The notes under the pieces are model-generated. The model saw only the letters and a program-made list of their open reading frames with translations. It searched no databases and was not told the origin of the DNA. The translations under genes were made by a program, and so were the position numbers. This document shows, piece by piece, positions 31,215-46,503 of a DNA stretch of 64,000 bases. This DNA is from the human T2T-CHM13v2.0 reference genome, Homo sapiens: the NCBI RefSeq assembly GCF_009914755.1, contig NC_060945.1; one strand, 5' to 3'. Position 1 is the first letter of the stretch. The number at the start of each line of letters is the position of its first letter.

Positions 31215-31268
31215 CATCATCATTATTATTTTTATTATTATCATCATCATCATCATCATCATTATCAC
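31215..31268. repeat. (ATC/ATT)n microsatellite
   Basis: Directly visible. Confidence 0.9.
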
Positions 31269-31548
31269 TTATTCTTTCACTTCTCACAGTTATTCCCTAG
31301 GCTACTTTCTATTTAAGGAGGTAGGCAGACTTTCTCTCCATTTCCTTATTTGAGGATCACAATCTCTTTACTTCAAGATAATTTAATATTACTTTGAATC
31401 TGGGGGAAGTGGCATGTAAAGGACTAAGCTTTATTTATGTTGAGGGTGAGAGAGAGGGAAAACTTACAAGCCTAGGATCAACAAGACAAAGTTGGCATCT
31501 TCCACAGAAGGAGCACCAACCTTTTTTGTTGTTTTTGTTAATTAGTAG

Positions 31549-31946
<398 letters not shown>

Positions 31947-31949
31947 CTT

Positions 31950-32510
31950 CCTCTATTATTGATATCTTGCATTACTGTGGTGCATTTGTTACGTTGCTAA
32001 ATGAACCACTTGTTAATTGTGAAATGAGCCAATATCAATACATTATTGTTAATCAAAGTTCAGAGTTTATATAAGAGTTCACTCTGTATGTTGTATATTC
32101 TATGGATTTTGCAAACATACAATAACATGCGTCCACCATTGTAGTATCACACAGAATAGTTGCATTGCCCTAAGAAAAAAAAATTCCTGTGTTCCACCAA
32201 TTTATCCTTCCCTTCCTCCCCATAATGCTCTGGTGACCATTGATCTATGTACTGTCTCCATAGTTTTACCTTTCCTAAAATGTCACATAATCAGAATCAT
32301 ACAGTACATTCATCTTTTATATTGGTTTCTTTCACTTAGCAATATACAGTGAAGGTTTCCTCACATTTTTTCATGGCTTGATAGCTCATTTCTTTTTAAT
32401 ACTGAATAATTTTCCATTGTATGAATGTACCACAGTTTATCTATTATTGATGTACCAGAGTTTATTTATTCTATTGAAGGATGTCTAGGTTGGTTCCAGG
32501 TTTTGACAAT
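31950..32510 (-). mobile_element. L1M 3' region (antisense)
   Basis: 'aaagttcagagtttatataagagttcactct...ttctttcacttagcaata...gaaggatgtctaggttggttccaggttttg'. Confidence 0.8.
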
Positions 32511-34133
32511 TTCTGTAGCCCTTTTTCTTCTCCTAACTCCATCAATTTCATGCTGCCCATCCTTCATTTACTGCCCCATCCAATATAATTGCCTCATTTC
32601 TCTCACACTGTCCAAATATCCTTTTACTTCCCTTAATCTCTGCTTCAGGAGGAAGATTCACTGAGTGCCATCTTCAAACTGCGCTTTGTACCTTTACAGA
32701 GCTGTTTCCATCTGAAATGCCTTCCTCCTCTAAAATCACGAAATGTGTATTTGTGCGTGTGTTTGTGTGGGTGATACTCAATATATATTTATAAAGCTTA
32801 CCTACAATTTACATATTGTTTCTGAAAGACCAAATTTTCAATGAATTTTCTTGACAAGTGTATCTTCTTTTTTGTCATAGTCAAAGTCAAGGGATGTAGC
32901 CCGTTTTCTGCTGTGAAGCATTCCGTGATGTTGCCGACTAGCCAGGCATCTGAACATCAAATTATTAGCACGTTTTCTAGTCTCTGTTGCTCTCAGTAAT
33001 AACACCAGCTCTTAACTTAATCTGCACTAGGACATAAATTTATTATGTTAGAATTTGCCCAACACTGTCCTAACTGCTATTTGTTTTAAACATGCCCAAA
33101 AGGCATGAGATTGGAAAGTTGATTATTATTACCTCATTTTTTTTTTTTTTTTGGATGAGAAAACAAGAACTCAAGAGATTGTGACTTTCTTACAAGGGAG
33201 GGAAGATAAGTATTAAACTAGATCCTGTAAACTCATGCTTACAGTTTTGTTTTTTTCTTAAACAAACCTGACCTCTGCTGCTTCTTAAAGAACCAAACCT
33301 GTGTTTGTATGTATTTATCATACCTACATTTTGTTAACCTTTTTTGCATGGTTAAGTCAGAATCTTTCCTGAACTCAAAATTGGCCAAAAAATAGTTTTG
33401 TTTCATGCAACCTCTATGTCAAAGTATGAACTCAAATCTGAGCTACTACAATTATTACTTCATATACACCAACACACACACACAAGGAAATGATGAGCAT
33501 ACTAAATCAAATACAATTTTATTTCCTAATGAAATGAGCTAAGCATAAATATGACAAAGTGTGCAGTGGAGAATAATTATCAGCCTTCCTTTATAGACAA
33601 CATCAGGCTCGGCAAAGTCAATTTGAATATAAATGCAAAATATGTTGAGAACACATTTAGAGAAAAGCAATAATAGTTACTAAAATAGACTATTAAATTA
33701 TCTTTTAATAACTTTATAATAGCAAATGTAATACTGTGAAAAAGCCCAAGATCTCTAATAAAATCAGGCGAGTCTGATTTGCAAAAATAAATAAGATTTA
33801 AATCAGGTTAAATTTTATAAGCAGTGCTATAAAGTGAATTTGTTCTGCTATAGTATCTGCTAGATAGGAGGAATAGTTTGAACAACTAAGTTCTTTCAAA
33901 TTATCAAGTGTAAGAAATATGATAAGCATGAAAATACACTTAAAGCATGTATGTATAGATGATACTGGCAGTAGTAGTTGTATTACTGTATGTTGCCTAT
34001 ATTTAGATCTGATTTAGGATGTTCATGTGGTATAAATTTTAAAATATGGTTGATATTGAAAAAGGAGCATATTTGTATGAGTGTGTGTGGTTGTGTGTGT
34101 GTGTTTTACTATGCAGGATTTTAATATTTATAA

Positions 34134-34456
<323 letters not shown>

Positions 34457-34663
34457 AAGATATCCTTTATGTGCCAGCAGCTAATATTTGGAGCTGATAC
34501 TCTAAATACAATGTTTGAAAAGAAAAAACAAGAAAAGAAAAACAAATGTGCTCATTTAAGATTAGATTTGTGCTAAGAACATATGGATATATTGTGAGTA
34601 TAAGTGATTATGGGCATAGATACAATTGTCTCACTTTGGAATATACTGTTCTAGAAAGGTGAC

Positions 34664-35427
34664 TGTAGCAGATTGCAAGAATGACTCCAATTTGTCACTC
34701 CCTCCTAGTTTCATCTTTTACCACATACTTTGCAGCATCCTCCATGCTGTAAAGTAGAGGATGCAAAGTGGTGAGGGTTGGAGTGGGGAGGGTTGGAGTG
34801 GTGAGGGATGGAGTGGCGAGGATTGGAGTGGCGAGGGCTGGAGTGGCGAGGGATGGAGTGGCGTGGGTTGGAGTGGCGAGGGCTGGAGTGGCGAGGGATG
34901 GAGTGGCGTGGGTTGGAGTGGGGAGGGTTGGAGTGGGGAGAGCTGGAGTGGTGAGGGTTGGAGTGGTGAGGGATGGAGTGGTGAGGGTTGGAGTATTGAG
35001 GCTTGGAGTAGTGAGAGTTGGAGTGGTGAGGGTTGTAATTTCTTGATTCCGGGCTTAGCCAACTGACTTCCTCTGGCCAGTGAAATATTGGCAGATATAA
35101 CACAAGTAGAAGTTTTAAAAAGGCTTGTAAGCCCAGGCTTGCTTGCACTTGCCCTGTGCTCTTGCTATGATAATATATATGCTTCGCTTTGCTTCCTGGT
35201 CCCAGAAAAAGATGAAAGTCATACAGAACAGAGCCAAATGGTCCCAGTTGCCCCAGATGAGGCCAGTCTACACTAGCCAACAGCCTCCAACCCAAAGATG
35301 TATGAGTGACCCCAGCTAAGATCAGCCAAACTTTGCCCTCATAACTAGAAAGCTATCATAATAAATGATTGTTGTTTCAAGCAGTGAGTTTTGGAGATGG
35401 CTTACACAGCAATAGCCAACTCACACA
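34664..35427 (+). mobile_element. MLT1 (G/H-like) LTR hosting a minisatellite
   Basis: 'tgtagcagattgcaagaatgactccaatt' ... 'aataaatgattgttgtttcaagc...cagcaatagccaactcacaca'. Confidence 0.7.
34765..35035. repeat. 15-bp G-rich minisatellite (GGAGTGGYGAGGGWT) x ~18
   Basis: Directly visible tandem array; explains the periodic ORFs in four frames. Confidence 0.97.
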
Positions 35428-36139
35428 GTGATGATATGATCTCCCAGATCAAAATGTTATTCTGTAGACATGAAGAGAAAATGAAGCAGCTGACTCTGGG
35501 AAATGAAAGGAAAAACAAAGCTGTTCTGAGAATGTTTTTTGGGGATTCTGTCCCTCATGGGTTTGCAGTAAAAATGATCATGCTACAAATACTGAGAGTA
35601 GTTTTGTCCCACAGTTTATAAGTTACACTGCACACTCATATTAATTTTTTCATGTGAAGGTCAAAAAATACTTAGTAGATGGGGCACATATTTCCATATA
35701 CTTTTTCATAAGTAGATGCACTCCCATAGAGCTAAATGCAGGGCTTGTCAACTCTAGTGCCTTTCCCCATTTCTGACTTGCCCTGCTACATTTTCATACA
35801 ATAGAGTGTCACTAAGGAGAGCAGAGCAGATAACCCAAGTGACAATGACAAATCACACAGTGCTATCACACAATAGTAGGAAAAAAAATGTTGCATTTCT
35901 GAAGACTGGACAAAGTGAACTCGTCCAAGTTCATAGCACAAGCAAAACTCACTTTTTAAGAGTCACTTGGAAATCATTTTCCAACATAAACACTGAGCAT
36001 CATCCTGAATGCTATCCTAAACCAGGTTCCCCAGGCACTGTGTGCTTTATGCCCCTCTAAATGCAATTTATGGTTGCAAAAAAATCTGGAGTCAAGTAGT
36101 TAACAAGGTCTCTGAGTGTTAATATAATAGCCCTTGCTA

Positions 36140-36425
36140 GGCCAGGTGCGGTGGCTCACACCTGTAATCCCAAAACTTTGGGAGGCTGAGGCAGGCAGAT
36201 CACCTGAGGTCAGGAGTTCCAGACCAGCCTGCCAACATGGAGAAACCCCATCTGTACTAAAACTACAAAATTAGCTGGTCGTGGTGGCAGGTGCCTGTAA
36301 TCCCAGCTACTCAGGAGGCTGAGGCAGGAGAATCGCTTGAACCTGGGAGGCGGAGGTTGCAGTGAGCCAAGATTGTGCCAGCCTGGGCAACAAGAGCAAA
36401 ACTCCATCAAAAAAAAAAAAAAAAG
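36140..36425 (+). mobile_element. Alu (S)
   Basis: Full Alu with small right-arm deletion; TSD agcccttgcta. Confidence 0.96.
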
Positions 36426-36754
36426 AAAGCCCTTGCTATAGCTTTTCTGTTGTTGTAGAAAGTCTCATCAATATTCTATCAGTAACTTACTGCCAAGTCA
36501 TTTTTACCTATAGCAGCAAGTCAGTCCAAATGACTCCAGGAAGTTTCCCTTGTGTGAAAGTCAATGAATCTATCTCCACTTCTTGGAGACAGGAACCAGT
36601 CAGAATAATAAAAAATAAAAGCAAAAATAAAATCTTCCAAAAAAGTTGTAGGCAAAATAAAACAATAAGGATCCCAAAAACAAATGGAATCCCAAATAAA
36701 TACATAAATATTTCTTAAGAAATAATTAATTTTAAACATTAAAAAAGGAAATAA

Positions 36755-37050
36755 GGCCGGGTGTGGTGGCTCACTCCTGTAATCCCAGCACTTTGGGAGG
36801 CTGAGGTGGGCAGATCATGAGGTCAGGAGTTCGAGACAAGCCTGACCAACATGGTGAAACCCTGTCTCTACCAAAAATACAAAAATTAGCCAGGCATGGT
36901 GGTAGGCACCTGTAATCCCAGCTACTCAGGAGGCTGAGGCAGGAGAATCGCTTGAACCTGGGAGGTGTGCACTCCAACCTAGGCAACAGAGTGAGACTCC
37001 GTCAACAAAAAAAACGAAAAAAGAAAAGAGAAAGAAAAAAAAAGAAAAAC
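36755..37050 (+). mobile_element. Alu (S) with right-arm deletion
   Basis: Alu sequence and degenerate A tail. Confidence 0.95.
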
Positions 37051-37275
37051 AACAAAACCTAAAAAAATTAAAAGGAGGGAATTAAATGTATATGTCTCTT
37101 CTTTTGCCAGGTAATCCATTCATCAAATATGTATGAATTTTGAGGTAGATAATTTTGTGTAATTTTCTCAGTGTTTTCTTTTTTTGAAAACAGAATCAGC
37201 TGTGTGCTGAATATTTTTGTGTAATACATATTTTACCTTTGAGTATGGGCTATTTGATTATTATTCAAGTATAAT

Positions 37276-37515
37276 TGAAACAACCTCATTGTCTGTGGTA
37301 AATACCAAGGTTCTTGGCCTCACAGCCAAGGAGATCGAGGTCACAGACACACACAGGCAGAGTGAGTTTTGGAGCAGGAGTTTAGTAAGCAAAAGGAAAG
37401 AACAGCTCTTCATTACAGAGAGGGATCTGGAGCGGGGTTGCTGGGTGGTAGAAAAAATATCAGGGGTTTCATAAATGGGCTAGGGAGAGGGGGCTGTTGA
37501 GAAGGGGATGTCTTA
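37276..37515 (-). mobile_element. Inverted partial LTR (3' end: R/U5) of the same family as 40863-41653
   Basis: Aligns to the reverse complement of ~41409-41653 at roughly 80-85% identity. Confidence 0.9.
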
Positions 37516-38420
37516 AGAATAATTCCCTCAATAAACGGCTTCTTCTCCCTCAAACCCAAAGAATAGGAAGCTATCCAGGAGAGAACTGGCAATTAGTCCA
37601 CCCACATGCCGAAGACAAAGCGCATCCAATACTTCCTAGCGTGGGTAGATATTTTCACTAATTGGGTAGAAGCATTTCCATGCCGTACAGAAAGCGCCTC
37701 TGAAGTAATAAAAGTGCTAGTTAATGAAATAACTCCCCGCTTTGGCCTACCTAAGTATCTCCGAAGCGACAACGGCCCCTCATTTAAAGCAGCTGTCATC
37801 CAGGAGGTCTCAAAGGCACTAGGCATACAGTGCCATCTCCATTGTGCTTGGAGGCCCCGGTCCTCAGGAAAGGCAGAGAAAACAAACATTATCAAAAGAC
37901 ACCTCAGAAAACTGTCCCAGGAAACTCAACTTCCTTGAGTCTTTCTTCTTCCCATAGCTTTACTACGAGTAAGAAATACCCCTTCAAAGTTAGGCCTGAG
38001 CCCTCTCGATATACTGTAGGGATGGCCTTTCCTTACAAATGACTTCCTATTAGATCAGGAAACCTCCGAATTAGTTAAGCACGTAACCTCCCTGGCTCAT
38101 TTCCAACAGGAATTAACACAACTAGCAGAGGCCCAACACAAGGAAACAGGACCACCTCTATTTAACCCAGGAGATTTGGTACTGGTGAAGTCTCTTCCTT
38201 CTCTCTCCTGTCTTTAAACCCGAGTTGGGAGGGGCCTTAAACCGTTCTTCTCTCCACCCTCTTGACAATAAAAGTTACCTGAATCTACTCCTGGATACAT
38301 CACACTTGAGTTAAAGCTTGGAAAACTGAGGGAAAAGTCCCTGACAGCCCAGAAAAACGCCCTGAATATCACTGTGAACAAATAGAGGATCTCAAGCTGA
38401 GAACAACCAAAGGTAAGTAA
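37509..38420 (+). pseudogene. ERV1 pol 3' end (integrase), disrupted
   Basis: CLKNN...GSYPGENWQL; WVDIFTNWVEAFPCRTE; ITPRFGLPKYLRSDNGPSF; LHCAWRPRSSGKAEKTN; stops and frameshifts. Confidence 0.95.
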
Positions 38421-38818
38421 ATGAATGAGGGCTACTCATTCCACATAGCCCCCTCTTTGCCTTACCAAATCCTCTCAGTTATTTCCACCTTTCCCCTTGA
38501 ACTTCGCCGCCAGACATTACAACTCTTCTTTGATGCATACTTGCAGGGAGATTTTGACTATCCTTGGGAGTACGTTTGTAAGTTCATAGACCTACAAGGG
38601 GAAATTGTATATTCTGGCAAATGGTAAATAAATTTTGGATGGAAATAGCTTACTACATTATAATTGCAGGAATTGCTATACTTACTCTGCTGTTTGCAGT
38701 GGGACTATATACCATGATACACAGTGGAATTCTGGACACAGAATTGTACTTGCTGTAATCTTCTGCCTAACTATCACCTTTATAACAGGTCTAATAATTA
38801 CAGAAAAAAAAGACAAAT

Positions 38819-40700
<1,882 letters not shown>

Positions 40701-40862
40701 ATGAAACCGCCCTTCTACCGGGGACCCTTAAATTGATCCCTGGAGGAGCCCTAATTGCTGGTCCCCACACAATACCCCTCTCCAGCAGGAAGTGGCCAGA
40801 AGAAGTCGTCACCCAATTCCCCCTAACAGCAGTTAGGGATCCCATTGCAGAGGGGAGAAATA

Positions 40863-41653
40863 TGTTATAGGAGACAAAAAGAAATTATTTAGGTAGACAG
40901 GGTAAAGCGAGTCCCCGGCAGGAAACTTTCCTTTTAACAAAAAGCAGCTCAAACAGAGCTCCCTTTCTAACCTCATGCAGTTCAAGGATGCCACTTCTCT
41001 TCTAACAACAAGCAGCCTGAAAGAGCAGACAACAAAACACAGATAAGACAGCTGGGGCACAGAAGGAGGGGGGAAGGTCTCCTGGATAATCACCAAACTT
41101 CACATTTATACCATGGGTCCCAGTAAAACAGTGGGCTGTAATAAGCACATTCCTTTCCCTTTAGGTGCACTAAGATAGGGAAGCTAAAAGCAGATTTGGA
41201 GGTATGCCTGCAGCTGCAGGAAGACGTATGGGAACAGACAGAAACTCTCCCTCCCACGTAAGCAAGACAAAGAGACACAGACTAAAAGTTGGCCTATGTG
41301 GTCCGGGAATGGAGTGGGAACTGATAAAACAAACAAACAAACAAACAAAAACTCTGCTCTATACAGATAGCATACCTGGCTCAACTGAACCTTTGGGCAC
41401 CCAGGAGGATAAGACACCCCCTTCTCAACAGCCCCCTTCTCACTAGACCATTTATAAAAACCCTGGCATTTTTACTGCCACCCAGCAACCCACTCAGGAC
41501 CCCTCTCTGTAACGGAAAGCTGTTCTTTCCTTTTGCCTGTTAAACTCCTGCTCCGAACTCACTGTGTCTGTGTGTGTGTCCATGACCTCTGTCTCCTTCA
41601 CTGTGAGACCAAAAACCTTGGTAGTATTTACCCCAGACGACGAAGCTGCTTTA
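40863..41653 (+). mobile_element. Complete ERV1 3' LTR (LTR25/LTR20/MER61-group-like)
   Basis: Preceded by polypurine tract agaggggagaaa; starts tgttatagg; TATA-like tttataaaaa at ~41451; ends gctgcttta. Confidence 0.88.
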
Positions 41654-42026
41654 TAATTATGTTCTTGTAAAGCATTTCTGAAAATGTTATTGCTCCAAAT
41701 TGTAAAATTGCAAGTTTAATATTAAAAGAAAATAAAACAAAAATTACGTTTTTTCTAATGCCTTCAACTCCTAAATAACCTGAATCGAAGTTACCAGGGA
41801 GGTTTTTAGTATTATTAAATACTAGATACTGCCAATTAAAATGAATCCTATATTGCTATATAAAATGAACTTCTGCTGTTTTTTAATATTCTTTGGACAA
41901 TAATCCACCCATGGCACATTTCAAAAAGTAACTCTGACATAAAAATAGGAAAGTTCTCTACCAGAACATAAAGTTACATCTCTCTTTGATAACAGACTAC
42001 TTGTAGATTTAGTTTTGTTTTGTTTT

Positions 42027-42549
42027 TTGTTTCTTTTATACTTCAAGTTCTGGGGTACATGTGCACAATGTGCAGGTTTGTTACATAGGTATACATGTGC
42101 CATGTTGGTTTGCTGCATCCATCAACTCGTCATTTACATTATGTATTTCTCCCAATGCTATCCCTCCCCTAGTCCCCCACCCCTGACAGGCCCCGGTGTG
42201 TGATGTTCCCCTCCCTGTGTCCATGCGTTCTCATTGTTAAACTCCCACTTATGAGTGAGAACATGCTTGGTTTTCTGTCCTTGTGATAGTTTGCTGAGAA
42301 TGATGGTTTCCAGCTTCATCCATGTCCCTGCAAAGGACATGAACTCATCCTTTTTTATGGCTGCATAGTATTCCATGGTGTGTATGTGCCACATTTTCTT
42401 TATCCAGTCTATTATTGATGGATATTTGGGTTGGTTCCAAGTCTTTGCTATTGTGAATAGTGCCACAGTAAACATACGTGTGCATGTGTCTTTATAGTAG
42501 CATGATTTATAAATCCTTTGGGTATATACCCAGTAATGGGATTGCTGGA
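42027..42549 (-). mobile_element. L1PA 3' end
   Basis: Antisense L1 3'UTR; ORF2 C-terminus ALFTIAKTWNQPK...MEYYAAIKKDEFMSFAGTWMKLETIILSKL. Confidence 0.96.
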
Positions 42550-42934
42550 AGAAAGAAGGGGGATCAATAGGGAAAAGTTCAATCCTAATACATGTAATCC
42601 TTTAGTCAATTACATGTATGTGGCTAAGGACAACTTGGTTCTTTTGAGTGGCAGAGCAATATTATATCACCTAACAATTGAATGACACACAATGGATAAA
42701 ACATGTGTGATATATATACATACATCTAAAATCACTTTTCCTCCCAGAAAGGGAAAAAGTTACAAGTCACATAAATACAAAAATGCATTTATTTCAGAGA
42801 CTTTTAAAACATTTATCCTAAAGACAAAAAAAAAAAAAAACCACAGAAATACCTGAAACAATCATATAGATCTCAACCCCTCCCAGACAATGACAACACC
42901 TAAAATTGTTTCATGATTGAAGTTACCTGTCATT

Positions 42935-43271
<337 letters not shown>

Positions 43272-43796
43272 TTACCTGTCATCTGAATGTTATATATCTA
43301 TGTTATACATTTACTATATTTTGTATTCGTGTTTAATCATGAACACATTCTACTAAATATGAGAAAGATTCTGTATGATTCTGGATCCTGCCCTAAGAAC
43401 AGTGTATCCTCAAATAACAGTCCTGCTTGTGCACTTATCTTCTCACTCTGTAGCCATTTCTAATAAAGCCACTAACTTTGCTCTTTAGATTAGAATTTAC
43501 CCACATGATTCTTGAGATCAGTGCTACCTATAGTTCACCTAGGAATGTTCCATCCTTAGTCATCCAGGAAAGTCCATAAAAACTGTCAATTAACAGTTTA
43601 GTCACAATGTGATACCAAAAAATCCCATCATTAGAAACCAATTTGCAAGGTGGGCTCTGATTTTCCTACTCAAAAATGACAGGCAAAAAAAAAAAATTTA
43701 CTTTAATTATTTTCGGACTAGGATCTGAGGTGAGAAATCACCTCTGTACTTTTGCCCAGGATCATCTGGAGATAGAAACCACAAGGAAAGCAGAAA

Positions 43797-44197
43797 CTTC
43801 CCCCACCATCCCTCCACCACAAGTCCTATGGTCTGTTTTAACCAGACCAGCCAGCCCTGTTTTACTCTATCTGAGTAAAGTTGTGTTTAAAGAAAATAAT
43901 TCATTGGTTAAAAAAATAAATAAAATGACTAACTTAGTTCAAGTCTTAATATTAAATATTAAGCTTAGTTCAGTTCTGAACATTAAAATATTAGGCTTCC
44001 CCCACCATCCCTCCACCACAAGTCCTATGGTCTGTTTTAACCAAACCAGCCAGCCCTGTTTTACTCTATCTGAGTAAAGTTGTGTTTAAAAAAAATAATT
44101 CATTGGTTAAAAAAATAAATAAAATGACTAACTTAGTTCAAGTCTTAATATTAAATATTAACCTTAGTTCAATTCTTAATATTAAAATATTAGGCTT
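43797..44197. repeat. 199-bp tandem duplication (2 copies, ~97% identical)
   Basis: 'cttcccccaccatccctccaccacaagtcc' at 43797 and 43996. Confidence 0.97.
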
Positions 44198-44529
44198 AGA
44201 ATGGTTATAAATATATAAACCTTTTATCACTGGAGAATGAAAATTAAAGAAGTAACACAATTTTTCCTGATTAAATTTATAAAAATTATCTTGTTTGAAT
44301 GTCTAATCTTCTACTTCCGTTTCTAAGTATAAATTTTACATAGACACCTATAGAATTCAATCAATTAAAATTTAAATTAAAAAATATAGGCTACTTTATG
44401 GTTTTGTTTGGTGATTTAATTACTTCAGTCAGTATTTATTAACTTGGCTTTTATTTCACCATATCAATATTTACCAGCTGAGTTTTAACTTCGGTTATAT
44501 AAGTATCTATAATACATTTAAAATATTCG

Positions 44530-44770
44530 CTAGAATAGAGTGGTATAGTGGACACTGAAGACTCAGAAGAGGACAAGGGTGATGAGTAAGGAATGAAAAA
44601 ATACCTATTGGGTACAATGTGCACCATTTGGGTGTCAGATACGCTCAAAGCTCAGACTTTATCACTGTATAATTCTTTCAGGTAACCAAAAACCACTTGT
44701 ACCCCTAAAACTATTAAAATGTGTTTTAAAGTATATCATAAATACAAAAAAAATAATAAAATAAAATATT
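44530..44770 (+). mobile_element. L1 (PB/MA-like) 3' end
   Basis: 'gacactgaagactcagaag...aaaaatacctattgggtacaatgtgcac...ccacttgtacccctaaaactatt'. Confidence 0.85.
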
Positions 44771-45499
44771 CTCTAGGTATAAAATGTTCAATAAAGTGTT
44801 AGAATTAGGGTAAAACAGACAAAAATGGAAATGGGCAAATTGTAAAGATCAGACAGACTCATCAGAGAACAGTAGGTGGCTAGGACATACTGAAGAAAGA
44901 GGCGTAACAGTAAAATTTTGAAAGTCAAAATCCAACATAGATTGGCAAGTCAATTCTCACATTTTTGATGAAAAGAGAAATAATTACCATGGCAGTACAA
45001 TAGTAAAACAATGTCGATGAGTGCTTAGTGGGATCTTGCCAAAGTTAAAGTGTAGCTCCGTATTTTTATTTTTCTGTTTTCAACTTTATAGTGGCTTTAT
45101 ATGAAACTTAAAACGCAGAGTCCTTGACCAATTTCTGCATGGCCCTACTTTTCTGACATCATTGCACTCTTTTTTTTTCTTTTTTTTCTTTTTTCTTTTT
45201 TTTGGCACATATATAGTTTGCTTTCATACTAGAATGTAAGTTCCCTGAGGCAGGGACTCACGCACTCCTGGCTTGTTCGCTCCCTCTGTCCCCAGCCTGA
45301 CACCTAAGTGTCTTTAAAAATGTTCGTTGACTATCAACATAATTGACTGGCTATTGGAATCATGCAGCACTGGAAAGCCAAGTTATAGGATGATTGATTT
45401 ATCGAGCATTTACTCAGAGAATGGAGGCTGGACAGTCTGAGGTATATTTTTTTAGTTCACTCTTTTTAGCAAATAATTTTTGAACTTATGCTTTTTACT

Positions 45500-46130
45500 T
45501 ACCCATTTATTTCTTCATTTACAAAACATAGGATGAGAACTTATCATGTGCTAGGAACTATTTTAGGTGCTGAGAGTAAATATTTTAATCACAACAGATA
45601 AGAACTCTCTTCTCATAGACTTGGTATTTATTTTTGTTTTCTGTCCTTTTCTTTTTCCTCTTTATTTTATTTTTTGGCATGTAGAGAAAGAATCTATCTT
45701 TGCAGAGTGGAAAGTGCCAGGAAGAAACTAAAACTAATTAATATTATAGAGACTGACTTACCCTTCTCACTCCAATGCTGAGTGGCATCTCAAGGAAGTA
45801 ACATTTGAATCGAATTTCAAGACAAGAAGGAACCAGCTAAGAAATTATTTGTCAGGAAAATGTTCCAAGTGGTAACACAGCTGGTGACAAGGCCCTAAGG
45901 CAACAGCAAATGTGGAATAATCAAGGAAGAGAGGAATACTAGTTGAAATGTAGAATGGGCACTGGGGAGAAAGTTGTGAGATGAGCTGGGGAGGAAAGAG
46001 TGATTTATATGCCCTGGTCAGACATTTCAAGTTCATTCTACATGAAATGAAACACCACTGGAGCATTTTAAGTGGAAGAATGATGTAATACAGATTGCAT
46101 TTTAAAAGATAATTTTGTTGCTAGGTAAGG
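45500..46130 (-). mobile_element. L2 fragment
   Basis: 'ttcattt...atgtgctaggaactattttaggtgctgaga...ccactggagcattttaagtgg...gcattttaaaagat'. Confidence 0.6.
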
Positions 46131-46134
46131 AGTT

Positions 46135-46503
46135 GATATGGTTTGGCTATGTCCCCAACCAAATCTCATCTTGAATTGTAGCTCCCATGATTCCCATATG
46201 TTATGGGAGGGACCTGGTAGGAGATCATTGAATTATGGGGGCAGTTCCTCCATACTGTCTCATGAATAAGACTCAGTGAGTAAGTCTCATGAGATCTGAA
46301 GGTTTTATAAGGGAAACCCCTTTCACTATGCTCTCATTCCCTCTTGCCCACCACCACATCAGAAGTCCCAATGCTCTCCCTTCGTCTTCCGCCATGATTG
46401 TGAGGCCTCCCAAGCCATGTGGAGCTGTGAATCAATTAAAGCTGTTTCTTTTATAAATTACCCAGTCTCAGGGATGTCTGCAGCATGAGACCAGACTAAT
46501 ACA
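46135..46503 (+). mobile_element. THE1-type MaLR solo LTR
   Basis: tgatatggtttggctatgtcccc ... ccagactaataca; flanked by (g/a)gagt. Confidence 0.9.

Noticed and set aside
34765-35035. CRISPR-like array
   Set aside because: Units are contiguous with no unique spacers, there are no cas genes, and the context is primate.
34711-35295. 194-aa His/Pro/Ser-rich ORF and overlapping periodic ORFs
   Set aside because: Produced by the 15-bp minisatellite within an MLT1 LTR; no gene structure is evident.
43676-44077. 133-aa ORF
   Set aside because: Runs through the 199-bp duplication; no recognisable domain.
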